Below, piece after piece: positions 22,366 through 30,358 of a stretch of 64,000 bases of DNA; position 1 is the first letter of the stretch; each line of letters opens with the position of its first letter. The notes under the pieces were generated by a model. That model saw nothing but the letters and a program-made list of their open reading frames with translations. It made no database searches and was not told the DNA's origin. The stretch lies in IMG/VR virus record IMGVR_UViG_2974569618_000001, positions 11,930 to 75,929 of that record; one strand, given 5' to 3'. Source of the DNA: a virus (lineage: Duplodnaviria; Heunggongvirae; Uroviricota; Caudoviricetes; Schitoviridae). The position numbers were made by a program, and so were the translations under genes.

Positions 22366-24165
22366 TTAGAAGTATGGGATCAGTCGATCCACACCGTTGA
22401 TATTTACGCTGATGTAGCCAGCAGGTGTTGTACTTGCTGGTGCAGCAGCTTCTTTGGTTTGTACTGTCAGTAAGCCCTGTTCATTGGCTCCGATGCCAGC
22501 CACACCGTTGTGGATACTGAAACGGTTTTGTGGAATACCGTAATCACCACCTTTGGCAAAGTTAGCTTCCAGTGCTGCAATTTCATCGGCATCCGTGATG
22601 GTACGAGTGTCAGAACTGAATGCAGTACAGTCACCAGCTTCGAAACGAGTCGGGCCAGTAGTGGTCAGATTAAAGATGGTGTCACCGGAGTGAGCAGCCA
22701 GCTTAACCCAGACTTTGGCATTGTCAGCCCACAGCTTCTGGTAACGAACATCAAGAATGGCATCTTTCCCTTCTTGGCTCATGTCAGCAAAGACTTTGTT
22801 CGATGCACGTTGCAGGGTGATCTTACGACGACCCATACCATCCATCTCAGAAGGCTTCTGCAATTTACCCGTTGGGGCAGCAGTATCACGCTTACCGAGG
22901 AAGTCGATTTCCCATGTCTGGCTCATTCGACGGAATGTGAAATTGCCAATGTAAACCCACAGATCCTGATCGGTATTGTTGGTGATTTTGTAGCCAGTAT
23001 AGAAACCAGCACGGAAAGAGGCATCATGCATCTCAGTACCGTAGGTTTCATGGCGTACCCAGCCTTTCTCGTAGCCTGACAGCCACGACCCAGAAACACG
23101 ATCATTGGTCATGCCACCGCCAGACTGGAAGTAAGCACCGTTGATCACTGCACGGGTATTGTTCAGGTTCAGGGGATTGTCAGAGGACTCAATAGAGAAT
23201 GCTTCCATTACCCACTGACCGTTGTCCATATTGCCGGGGAAGCGTTGATGCTCGATCCAGACATTACGCATTAAGCCCTGAGTAACACGAGGCATATTCA
23301 CGGTAGCCGGGCCATAACCATTTTGCAGGTTAGAGTTCTGCCAGCTAATTGCAGTCGAATGGTTCCATCCACCTTGAGGGTTATTGGAGTAACCAATATC
23401 GAATACCATGCCGTAAGTTTTGCTGGAATAAATCTGATCCAGTTTGGTGTCCAGTGTGTCGATCAGACGAATGGCAGTGCCACCAGTGTTACTGAATTTC
23501 AGGCAGAACAGGTTACAGAATTCACCTGTCTGGCAGATGTTCTCAAAGAATGGTTGCAGGTTTGAAATGTCAGATTCCTGCACAGCACCGACAATGTTTT
23601 TCACGTCAGCCGTTGCCTGACCATCCCACTCGAAACCTTCCAGAATCACACGACGAGCATTCACTTTGAACACAGTCTGAGGTGACTTATCAGAGATGAT
23701 ACGAACAGATGGACGCCATCCACCTTTGGATCGGGTATTGCCATATATAGCAAACACAGGTAATTCACCCAGTGAGGTGAAGTCGATAGGACGAATGAAA
23801 GTAACGCCAGTTGGGATATGCACCCCAATGGAATCACTCATGCTGTACAGAGTTTTGATCCACATGAAGTTACGGTAAAACGCATCAGTGTCGTCAGTAG
23901 TGCCATCACATTTGCCACCGAAATGGAACAGGTTGATTTCCATTGGGTCATTAAAGACACGCTTCCAGTAGAATTTCTTGTTTGGATCCAGTGCAACAGT
24001 ACCACCGTTGTCTGCTGGTAAATCACTGGTCTGAGGGAAACCAACGAATATACCACCACCAGTAAAAGAACTGTCTTTATCGTAGTAACGCTTGAGCAGG
24101 GCCATATCGCCTGCTTTAGATGGGGCTGTAGTACGCAACTCAGCAAAGCTATTTACTTCGATCAT
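22366..24165 (-). CDS. Tailspike / receptor-binding protein with a pectate-lyase-like beta-helix (putative depolymerase)
   Basis: The track start at 24210 lies inside a terminator hairpin. ATG at 24165 (MIEVN) with RBS AAGAGG is the likely start. The N-terminal motif FHFGGKCDGTTDDTDAF matches the FGAxGDGxTDDTxA signature of pectate-lyase-fold tailspikes. Confidence 0.55.
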   Translation of the reverse strand: MIEVNSFAELRTTAPSKAGDMALLKRYYDKDSSFTGGGIFVGFPQTSDLPADNGGTVALDPNKKFYWKRVFNDPMEINLFHFGGKCDGTTDDTDAFYRNFMWIKTLYSMSDSIGVHIPTGVTFIRPIDFTSLGELPVFAIYGNTRSKGGWRPSVRIISDKSPQTVFKVNARRVILEGFEWDGQATADVKNIVGAVQESDISNLQPFFENICQTGEFCNLFCLKFSNTGGTAIRLIDTLDTKLDQIYSSKTYGMVFDIGYSNNPQGGWNHSTAISWQNSNLQNGYGPATVNMPRVTQGLMRNVWIEHQRFPGNMDNGQWVMEAFSIESSDNPLNLNNTRAVINGAYFQSGGGMTNDRVSGSWLSGYEKGWVRHETYGTEMHDASFRAGFYTGYKITNNTDQDLWVYIGNFTFRRMSQTWEIDFLGKRDTAAPTGKLQKPSEMDGMGRRKITLQRASNKVFADMSQEGKDAILDVRYQKLWADNAKVWVKLAAHSGDTIFNLTTTGPTRFEAGDCTAFSSDTRTITDADEIAALEANFAKGGDYGIPQNRFSIHNGVAGIGANEQGLLTVQTKEAAAPASTTPAGYISVNINGVDRLIPYF

Positions 24166-24192
24166 GATTATCCTCTTGATAACACTGGTATT

Positions 24193-24225
24193 AAAAATAA
24201 AAAAGGCCACCTCGAAAGGTGGCCC
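24193..24225 (-). terminator. Rho-independent terminator directly upstream of the tailspike RBS
   Basis: GGGCCACC-tttcga-GGTGGCC hairpin followed by TTTTTTATTTTT on the minus strand. Confidence 0.55.
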
Positions 24226-24527
24226 ATCTTATGCTATTTGACCCATAACTGGGAGGCTTGTTTGAGATTCGACTTGTCAGAGTTTGAGTCTCAGGCATTG
24301 TCACTACGGCAGTGGTAACAATTTGGTTCACAGTGCAGAGTAGTATTGTTATGACTTCTCGCACCCCTGCGGGATCTTTCGTCTCATGGAACTTACTAAG
24401 TTGAAAGAAATTCTGCACTGCGAATTTGTATTGAGCAACAGGTTATGGAGTACCTTACCATCAAGTGTCTTTCGCTAAATAACCCTATCCCGGATCATCG
24501 CAGGGGCATGACACCTGTTACTCAAAT

Positions 24528-24609
24528 TGGTGGGGGAAGGTGGATTCGAACCACCGTGTGGGATAACAGATTTACAGTCTGCCGCAGTCGGCCTCTTTGC
24601 TATTCCCCC
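24528..24609 (-). tRNA. tRNA-Tyr (GTA), long variable arm
   Basis: Acceptor stem GGGGGAA/TTCCCCC, T-loop GGTTCGAATCC, anticodon loop CTGTAAA. CCA is encoded. Confidence 0.6.
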
Positions 24610-24803
24610 AAATTTGAATGGGCTTCTCACCCAATTGAACATTTGCTCTATCCACGCACCTTACCCCCGAAGGGATGTCTCGTCGCTTCAATGCCAGTGT
24701 CTTCTGGCAGGTCTTCCGGTAGCGAATCGGAATTGATTGAGTAGGTGAGTCTGTCGATCTCAGGGACTTGTGGCTCACTATCGCCCATTCTTCTACTCAA
24801 ACT

Positions 24804-24878
24804 GGTTGCTTCAACTGGACTTGAACCAGTGACCTACCGCTTATCGGGCGGTTGCTCTACCAACTGAGCTATGAAGCA
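24804..24878 (-). tRNA. tRNA-Ile (GAT)
   Basis: Acceptor stem TGCTTCA/TGAAGCA, D-arm GCTCAGTTGGTAGAGC, anticodon loop CCGATAA. Position 33 is C, which is unusual. Confidence 0.5.
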
Positions 24879-25016
24879 ATTTAATTGATCTGTTAAGCAC
24901 GACTCCCAACAAAACAGGACATTGGGCTGTCTTTTAGTTACTCACCACTAGCCCCCAGCAGGCTCAAAACGTGGGTATCGCTGAACGATACGACCAAGTG
25001 GCTTAACAAATCAAAC

Positions 25017-25091
25017 TGGCAGGACTAACGGGATTCGAACCCGTGACCACTCCCGTGACAGGGGAGGATTCTACCGCTGAACTATAGTCCT
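25017..25091 (-). tRNA. tRNA-Asp (GTC)
   Basis: Acceptor stem AGGACTA/TAGTCCT, T-loop GGGTTCGAATCCCGT, anticodon loop CTGTCAC. Confidence 0.6.
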
Positions 25092-25097
25092 ATTGTT

Positions 25098-25174
25098 TGG
25101 CATTCCTGATGGGACTTGAACCCACAAATAACACCTTGAAAGGGTGGTGACTTTACCAATTTGTCTACAGGAAT
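25098..25174 (-). tRNA. tRNA-Glu (TTC), tentative
   Basis: Acceptor stem ATTCCTG/CAGGAAT, T-loop GGGTTCAAGTCCCAT, anticodon loop CTTTCAA. The D-stem and anticodon stem are weak. Confidence 0.45.
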
Positions 25175-25180
25175 AAAATT

Positions 25181-25256
25181 TGGCGACTCAGACAGGACTT
25201 GAACCTGTGACATATGGATTAACAGTCCACCGTTCTACCAACTGAACTACAGAGTC
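25181..25256 (-). tRNA. tRNA-Asn (GTT)
   Basis: Acceptor stem GACTCTG/CTGAGTC with one T-T mismatch, T-loop ACAGGTTCAAGTCCTGT, anticodon loop CTGTTAA. Confidence 0.55.
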
Positions 25257-25268
25257 ATTGTGTTACGA

Positions 25269-25299
25269 ACATTACTTCAAACTAATATTGTATGTCAAC
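25269..25299 (-). promoter_or_regulatory. Sigma70-type promoter for the tRNA cassette
   Basis: On the minus strand: TTGACA, an 18-nt spacer, then TAATGT, ending about 12 nt before tRNA-Asn. Confidence 0.5.
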
Positions 25300-25350
25300 A
25301 TTTGCTTGGGCCTCTCACCTTTTAAATCCGGGAATGATGAAATTGGTTTA

Positions 25351-25388
25351 AAGAAGCCCAAGAAAATGCCCCCGTTACTCTGGGGGCT
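25351..25388 (-). terminator. Rho-independent terminator
   Basis: GCCCCC-gttactct-GGGGGC hairpin followed by ATTTTCTTGGGCTTCTTT on the minus strand. Confidence 0.5.
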
Positions 25389-25524
25389 TTTCCGTCTTAT
25401 CGAAGTACCAACCGAGTACGATAATCACGATGATAATCGCTGCGTATGGAGCAACCGCAATGATAGCTGCGGTAATTGCGAGTATCACAGCTATCAAGAG
25501 GATGCTTTTGATTAGCATCCCCAT
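25375..25524 (-). CDS. Small hydrophobic membrane peptide (49 aa), not in the ORF track
   Basis: ATG 8 nt after the upstream stop. Sequence MGMLIKSILLIAVILAITAAIIAVAPYAAIIIVIIVLGWYFDKTEKPPE. The stop lies in the terminator loop and the RBS is weak. Confidence 0.3.
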   Translation of the reverse strand: MGMLIKSILLIAVILAITAAIIAVAPYAAIIIVIIVLGWYFDKTEKPPE

Positions 25525-25532
25525 ACGCTGGA

Positions 25533-26060
25533 TTAATCGTTAGTTGGCTTTGACAGACCACCGAACAGCGAACGGCGTGGTTGTGCTTCGCCTTCCTGCT
25601 GTGCTGCTTCTTCCTGTGCTGGTTCTGCTTTCGCAGTTTCTTCCTGCACTGGTTGCTCAACAGTTTCCTGCTGTGCAACTTCTGGAGCAGGCTCTTTTTC
25701 ACCAGCAACAGTCGCAGACCCAGTTACAGCACCAGTGTTGGTCTGTGTTTCTGGCTTTGCGTCAGCAGTTGATTGAGTCTGGGCCGCTTTCTGAACGTCA
25801 GCTTTAGCAGCTTTCTTTTCTTCTTTTGGCTCAGGCTTCTGCTTATCTTCCTGCACAGCAGCCGGATTAGCTGGAGTGGAAGGAGCAACGTTTGCACCAG
25901 CAGTTGCCAGCACCAGATCAATGGTGGCTTTGAAGCCATCAGCACCACGACCAGCAGACAGATCGATATTGATCTGAGTGCCTTCTTTGATGTTGATCAG
26001 GTTGTTGACGTATGCACGCAGAGCAGCTTCGATTTCGGTTTGAACCAGTTGAATTTGCAT
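25533..26060 (-). CDS. Hypothetical protein: small N-terminal domain plus a long disordered A/K/E/P-rich tail ending in AQPRRSLFGG
   Basis: RBS GAGGT, TAATG coupling to the upstream gene, low-complexity C-terminal half. Confidence 0.5.
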   Translation of the reverse strand: MQIQLVQTEIEAALRAYVNNLINIKEGTQINIDLSAGRGADGFKATIDLVLATAGANVAPSTPANPAAVQEDKQKPEPKEEKKAAKADVQKAAQTQSTADAKPETQTNTGAVTGSATVAGEKEPAPEVAQQETVEQPVQEETAKAEPAQEEAAQQEGEAQPRRSLFGGLSKPTND

Positions 26061-26617
26061 TACTTAACCTCAGCGAATAATCGCATTAAATTTTTGAATA
26101 CCGGGGTTTGTACCCCAGCATGAATGGCAGCTATGGCATCTGCCACATGTTCTGCTTTCTTGGCAACTTCCCCACGATAAAGTGGGAAATTTGCATCGGG
26201 ATACAATCCAACTGCCGTGGCAATCATTCGATCCTTACTGGCATTTTTGTCACCAGTAAAAATCTTTTTCGACTCCAGTGCAGTCACCTCTATCACTGGG
26301 ATCCCCAGTGCTCTGATAGCACCGAGGATACCAACGACAATGCCATAGGCTTTCATACCATTGGCAGACTGAGAACCAACCGGACACTCAACAAAGACAA
26401 CTTTACAACGCCGAGCAATTTCAATGGCTGTGGTAGCCAGATCCTCTGCTCGTTGCAGGTCAACACTGTTTTGTCGAACCTGCTTGCCTTGTTTCTTTTC
26501 TGGTTCAATCGTGGAAAGAACCAGATCAGACAGATACCCGTGCGTTAAGTCCAGTTGGCCTTCGGCAATACCCCAGCTATTTAAGCTGGGATCGAAACCA
26601 GCAACTGGGATTTTCAT
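26060..26617 (-). CDS. RuvC-like Holliday-junction resolvase, tentative
   Basis: N-terminal VAGFDPSLNSWGIAEG resembles the RuvC GIDPG motif. Translationally coupled (TAATG) to the SSB-like gene. Confidence 0.4.
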   Translation of the reverse strand: MKIPVAGFDPSLNSWGIAEGQLDLTHGYLSDLVLSTIEPEKKQGKQVRQNSVDLQRAEDLATTAIEIARRCKVVFVECPVGSQSANGMKAYGIVVGILGAIRALGIPVIEVTALESKKIFTGDKNASKDRMIATAVGLYPDANFPLYRGEVAKKAEHVADAIAAIHAGVQTPVFKNLMRLFAEVK

Positions 26618-27360
26618 TAGCCTTTGTTACCGAACAGAGACTTACGAGGCTGTGCATCGCCAGACTTCGGAGCACCACCTGCTGCACCCGGACGGGTAGG
26701 AGCACCAGCAGCACCATCTTTGATGGTACGCTTGTCGTAGACCTGACCTTTGTTTTTCTCCAGCCATGCTGGGCCATAAACAGGTTCGGTCTTACCTTCT
26801 TCCGCTTCACGCACAGTCAGACCTGATTCAGTATGGATCACGTTGACGATGTTGTTGCTTTCGCGGGTATCAGGAATAGCAACATAGTCGTTGCCACGCA
26901 GTTCTGACTTGTTTTCCAGAACTTTCTGGATAGCGAAAGTAACTTCCGCATCGGTCAGACCAGAGATCACCTGAACAGCAGTAGGAAGCTCTTTCTTCTC
27001 GTCAGAGTTCCAGATGTTCAGCACTTTCTCTTCGGTTTCCTGCTGATCCAACGGAGCACCTGTTGCAATCATGCACAGGTTGTTGATCAGGCTAAAGCCC
27101 GGCATTGGATACTTCTTACCGTCTTTGACGTAGAAGTTCTCACCAGTTTTCTTGGTGATGTACACCGTTTCACGGTATTCCTTTCCACCAGCCGGAGTGA
27201 ACAGGATGGTAATGCTCATTGCACCACCGGAAGATTTGCCTACATAGGCAGCTTTGATGCGACCAGTGTAAAGATCAGTGTCGAGGATGAATCCACCCCC
27301 ACCAACACGATCTTCTTGTTTTTCCATACCCTGATCTGACATTCCGCTAAACATTGACAT
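26617..27360 (-). CDS. Single-stranded DNA-binding protein (N4 gp45-like), tentative
   Basis: 247 aa with RBS GAGGT. Lies at the end of the replication module as in N4. The C-terminal tail is AQPRKSLFGNKG. Confidence 0.45.
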   Translation of the reverse strand: MSMFSGMSDQGMEKQEDRVGGGGFILDTDLYTGRIKAAYVGKSSGGAMSITILFTPAGGKEYRETVYITKKTGENFYVKDGKKYPMPGFSLINNLCMIATGAPLDQQETEEKVLNIWNSDEKKELPTAVQVISGLTDAEVTFAIQKVLENKSELRGNDYVAIPDTRESNNIVNVIHTESGLTVREAEEGKTEPVYGPAWLEKNKGQVYDKRTIKDGAAGAPTRPGAAGGAPKSGDAQPRKSLFGNKG

Positions 27361-27421
27361 CTTACTACCTCACAACTTTGAATTTGGTTACGGCCTCACT
27401 GATCCAATGAGGCCAGTGATA

Positions 27422-28150
27422 CTACTTGCCGTAGAACTCATTCAGGCGTTTCATCACAAGTGCTACATCGTTATCGATGAAAAGCTCATTACGACTCCAC
27501 AGGCCCATAGCCGAACGCATCTTGCCACCAGCAGTTTCTTTGGTGACACGAGTCTGGAAGACGTACTTCACGCCATCCTCACGTTCTTCATCAGTGATGG
27601 TCAGCAGATCATTTTCATGACCTTCCAACTTCTTCACTGGGATCTGCATGGTACGCAGAACCGTTGTAAAGTCGGCTTCAACACCAACCTTACCTACTGC
27701 ACCTTTGATCGGAACACGAGATTCCATCATCATTGACTGCTCATTCAGACTTTCATCTTCATGGGCCATGATGACGTAACTCTTTGAACCAGACTTAATG
27801 GCATGAATGAAGTTACGATAAAAGTTACCGTAATCACCCCACGCACTCTGTCCTGTCTTGGTTCCGGCAAAAGGAGCCACATACTGACGCTCATACATCT
27901 GCATCAGGAATGTGATGGTATCGAGAACTGCACCTGTCACACCTTCGGCATTTTCGATTTCTTCGATAAAGCCTAAAGTGTCATTGGCATCTGCAATCTC
28001 GACGTTTTCCAGAAAGCGATCACGGAACGGCACATCTTTAAGATCTGCGTTCAGATAAATCATGCTTTCCTGATCCATGTTACGGAGCGAAGTGGTTTTA
28101 CCCGTATTCGGCTTACCCATAATCATGATGACGTTTTTATTCTGAGCCAT
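27422..28150 (-). CDS. Sak4-like P-loop ATPase (AAA_24 type), putative recombination mediator
   Basis: N-terminal Walker A MGKPNTGKTT, about 240 aa, RBS AGGAG. Confidence 0.45.
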   Translation of the reverse strand: MAQNKNVIMIMGKPNTGKTTSLRNMDQESMIYLNADLKDVPFRDRFLENVEIADANDTLGFIEEIENAEGVTGAVLDTITFLMQMYERQYVAPFAGTKTGQSAWGDYGNFYRNFIHAIKSGSKSYVIMAHEDESLNEQSMMMESRVPIKGAVGKVGVEADFTTVLRTMQIPVKKLEGHENDLLTITDEEREDGVKYVFQTRVTKETAGGKMRSAMGLWSRNELFIDNDVALVMKRLNEFYGK

Positions 28151-28198
28151 TATTTCTCCTGACAGTCAGCCCCAACCGAAGCAAGGGCTGACATTTTC

Positions 28199-30358
28199 TC
28201 AAGCGTGGAACCGCTTACCGACTGTGACCATGATGGTGTTAGTGATCTCATCTTCACTCAGGCTGTTTGACAACTTCGCATTGAAGGACAACACAGCATT
28301 GTGAACAGACATGAAATCCATCCCACTATCAACCAGAGCAAGTGCATAACGCAGCATGTGCTTGTTACGATTACCCTCGACCATACGACCAGCAAACCAA
28401 CGCTCAAGGTTATCCATAGAGTCAACCTTAGCGAATTCACGCTTAAAGTCTTCGTTACGGCTTGTGCGAGGAATGAACGGGAGAGCATCAAAGATCTCTC
28501 CTTCGAGGTTGTAGTGGTACTCACCCCCGGAAAAGGTTTCCCATTTCTTTGCAATTTGATTGGCAGCTTCATCAGTTGGTTCACTGAATGGCAGCCATGC
28601 AAAGATGTTATTCATGAAGTCACGATAATCGTCTGCATCCAGTTCCAACGTATAGTTGATCGGGATAACAATACGATAACGATCACCATGCCCTTCGGTC
28701 TGGTGGCGTTTAGTCGTGTAAGTCATGAACTTGATACCAGCCAGAAGTTCATGAGCCGTGGTCAACGGAATACCACTGTCAACGTCAATGACGATGCAGT
28801 TAAACCCTCTGATCACGTTCTCTGTGGCACGGTGTTCATTTCGGAAATGGTGGGTACACCAGTGCATACCCTCTGCTTGGGTCAGCAAGTGCAGCTTATC
28901 AAACGGCACAATCTCACCCTGAAAGTTGTATGCCCAGTTGTCACTGTACGACACACGAATTTCATTCAGATCGGTTTCTTTAAGGGTTTCCCCCCTGAAA
29001 AACTCGATACCACTTTCGAAACGCTTCTTGATAACGATATGTTTTCCATAGCCCCATGCGGTAGCCATAGTCATCATCTCGTTACGAGCAGCCTGACCAG
29101 ATTTATAGAACGGGAGTGCTTCGTTAAGATCAGCATGAGTAACATCGGTGCCAACGGCAGCAATGTACTTGGCTAACTTCACATAGGCTTTCTCACGGTT
29201 AAGGATTGTCTGGAATGCAGCACCAGATTCCTCAACAAGTAGGATTGCAGACAGCAGATGATCCATTTCAATTTCATTGGATCCATCTGCGAATGCATAC
29301 GCACCAGCCAATTTAACGGCTTTGAAATAACGATGCGAAAGCTCTGCTTTCTTAATCTCTTCATGGTCTGCCATCTCATCGGCAACCTTTTCACAGGCGT
29401 TTTTGTACTCGATGAGTTTGATCGCAACTTCGTCTTCCATTGTCATTTTCCAGCCATACATAGCTGGATCTGCCAGTGCGTGAAACTGAGTTGCCCATTT
29501 CTGGACAGACTGAGTATTCGCTGGTTGAGTCAGATTGCGAAAGATTTCCTCTGGTGTTTGGCTATTAAAGGCTTTACGTTCGTGCTGGCCCCAGCCAAAG
29601 AGACAACGGCGAGCATAGCCAGTATCGAGGAAGGAATAGAACAGGTCTTCGATCTTGCCACCATCGAGCAGCTTACTCGGCGTACCGAACAGCAGCATGT
29701 TGGCAGGTGTCTTACCGTCCAGTTCTTCACCTCGTTGGCTCTCTGCCGTGTTCTTGGTGAGTTTCTGCTTAGTCTGTCCCTGATCATAAAGCTCAAGGAA
29801 GACGTTCAATACCTCGGAGTTACCTTCAAGGTTTGAACCAATCTCGTCAATTTGCAGGTTAATTGCACCTACACGAGACAGCAGCAGTCGTTGACGTAAC
29901 TGCTTAACGGCTGGAGCAGTACCAGAGTCAAAGGTGAACGGGAATGCACCCGTCCGGCGAAACTCTGCTTCTACCTTTTCGAACTCTTCGTTCTGATCCG
30001 TACCGTTACGGGCTGCACGGTCGTTGGCAATATCCCAGAGACTTTGCTCTGCGATAACCGGAATGGTTTCTTCCATGAAACGCTTTTTAAAGCCTTTCAG
30101 GAATTCGTTCTCAACGATATTGACTGAGTGACCTTTACCAAAGCCAGATGTTGCCAGTGCTAGTGCATAGATGTTGACGGGGATTTCACCCCGATCCTTT
30201 GTGACAATCGTGGCTCGCATATTGCTTGCCACCTTGCCTAAAAAGAACGCGACTTCGGTTCGGAAAAAACCACGGTCAGTGTTCTGAGTTTTATTGCAAA
30301 GCACTTCCACCATCTCTTCCAGAGCGGTATGGTGCTTTACACCTGTCAAGTCGATCAT
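28199..30358 (-). CDS. DNA primase / replication initiation protein (719 aa), possibly with an AEP-like primase-polymerase domain
   Basis: RBS AAGGT. C-terminal motifs CIVIDVDSG, EGHGDRYRI and ELDADDY resemble archaeo-eukaryotic primase motifs I to III. Confidence 0.45.
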   Translation of the reverse strand: MIDLTGVKHHTALEEMVEVLCNKTQNTDRGFFRTEVAFFLGKVASNMRATIVTKDRGEIPVNIYALALATSGFGKGHSVNIVENEFLKGFKKRFMEETIPVIAEQSLWDIANDRAARNGTDQNEEFEKVEAEFRRTGAFPFTFDSGTAPAVKQLRQRLLLSRVGAINLQIDEIGSNLEGNSEVLNVFLELYDQGQTKQKLTKNTAESQRGEELDGKTPANMLLFGTPSKLLDGGKIEDLFYSFLDTGYARRCLFGWGQHERKAFNSQTPEEIFRNLTQPANTQSVQKWATQFHALADPAMYGWKMTMEDEVAIKLIEYKNACEKVADEMADHEEIKKAELSHRYFKAVKLAGAYAFADGSNEIEMDHLLSAILLVEESGAAFQTILNREKAYVKLAKYIAAVGTDVTHADLNEALPFYKSGQAARNEMMTMATAWGYGKHIVIKKRFESGIEFFRGETLKETDLNEIRVSYSDNWAYNFQGEIVPFDKLHLLTQAEGMHWCTHHFRNEHRATENVIRGFNCIVIDVDSGIPLTTAHELLAGIKFMTYTTKRHQTEGHGDRYRIVIPINYTLELDADDYRDFMNNIFAWLPFSEPTDEAANQIAKKWETFSGGEYHYNLEGEIFDALPFIPRTSRNEDFKREFAKVDSMDNLERWFAGRMVEGNRNKHMLRYALALVDSGMDFMSVHNAVLSFNAKLSNSLSEDEITNTIMVTVGKRFHA

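Noticed and set aside
24191-24210. ORF-track start of the tailspike at 24210 (and similar track starts at 5176, 35821, 56049 and 41247)
   Set aside because: These starts fall inside terminator hairpins or promoter elements and use TTG/GTG. Downstream ATGs with good Shine-Dalgarno sequences were preferred.
24445-24778. ORFs 24445-24744 (+), 24527-24736 (+) and 24572-24778 (-)
   Set aside because: They overlap tRNA-Tyr and the intergenic spacer. The translations are arbitrary. The region is better explained by the tRNA and non-coding leader.
24610-25016. Possible additional or degenerate tRNAs in the 194-nt and 138-nt spacers between tRNAs
   Set aside because: No T-loop (GGTTCGAATCC-like) or cloverleaf could be found by eye. 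Only short hairpins such as CCC-TTCG-GGG were seen. I left these as unexplained spacers.
25258-25708. ORFs 25258-25515 (+) and 25397-25708 (-)
   Set aside because: The plus ORF spans the tRNA promoter and terminator. The minus ORF is out of frame with the 175-aa gene and the small hydrophobic ORF and is lysine/arginine-rich low complexity.
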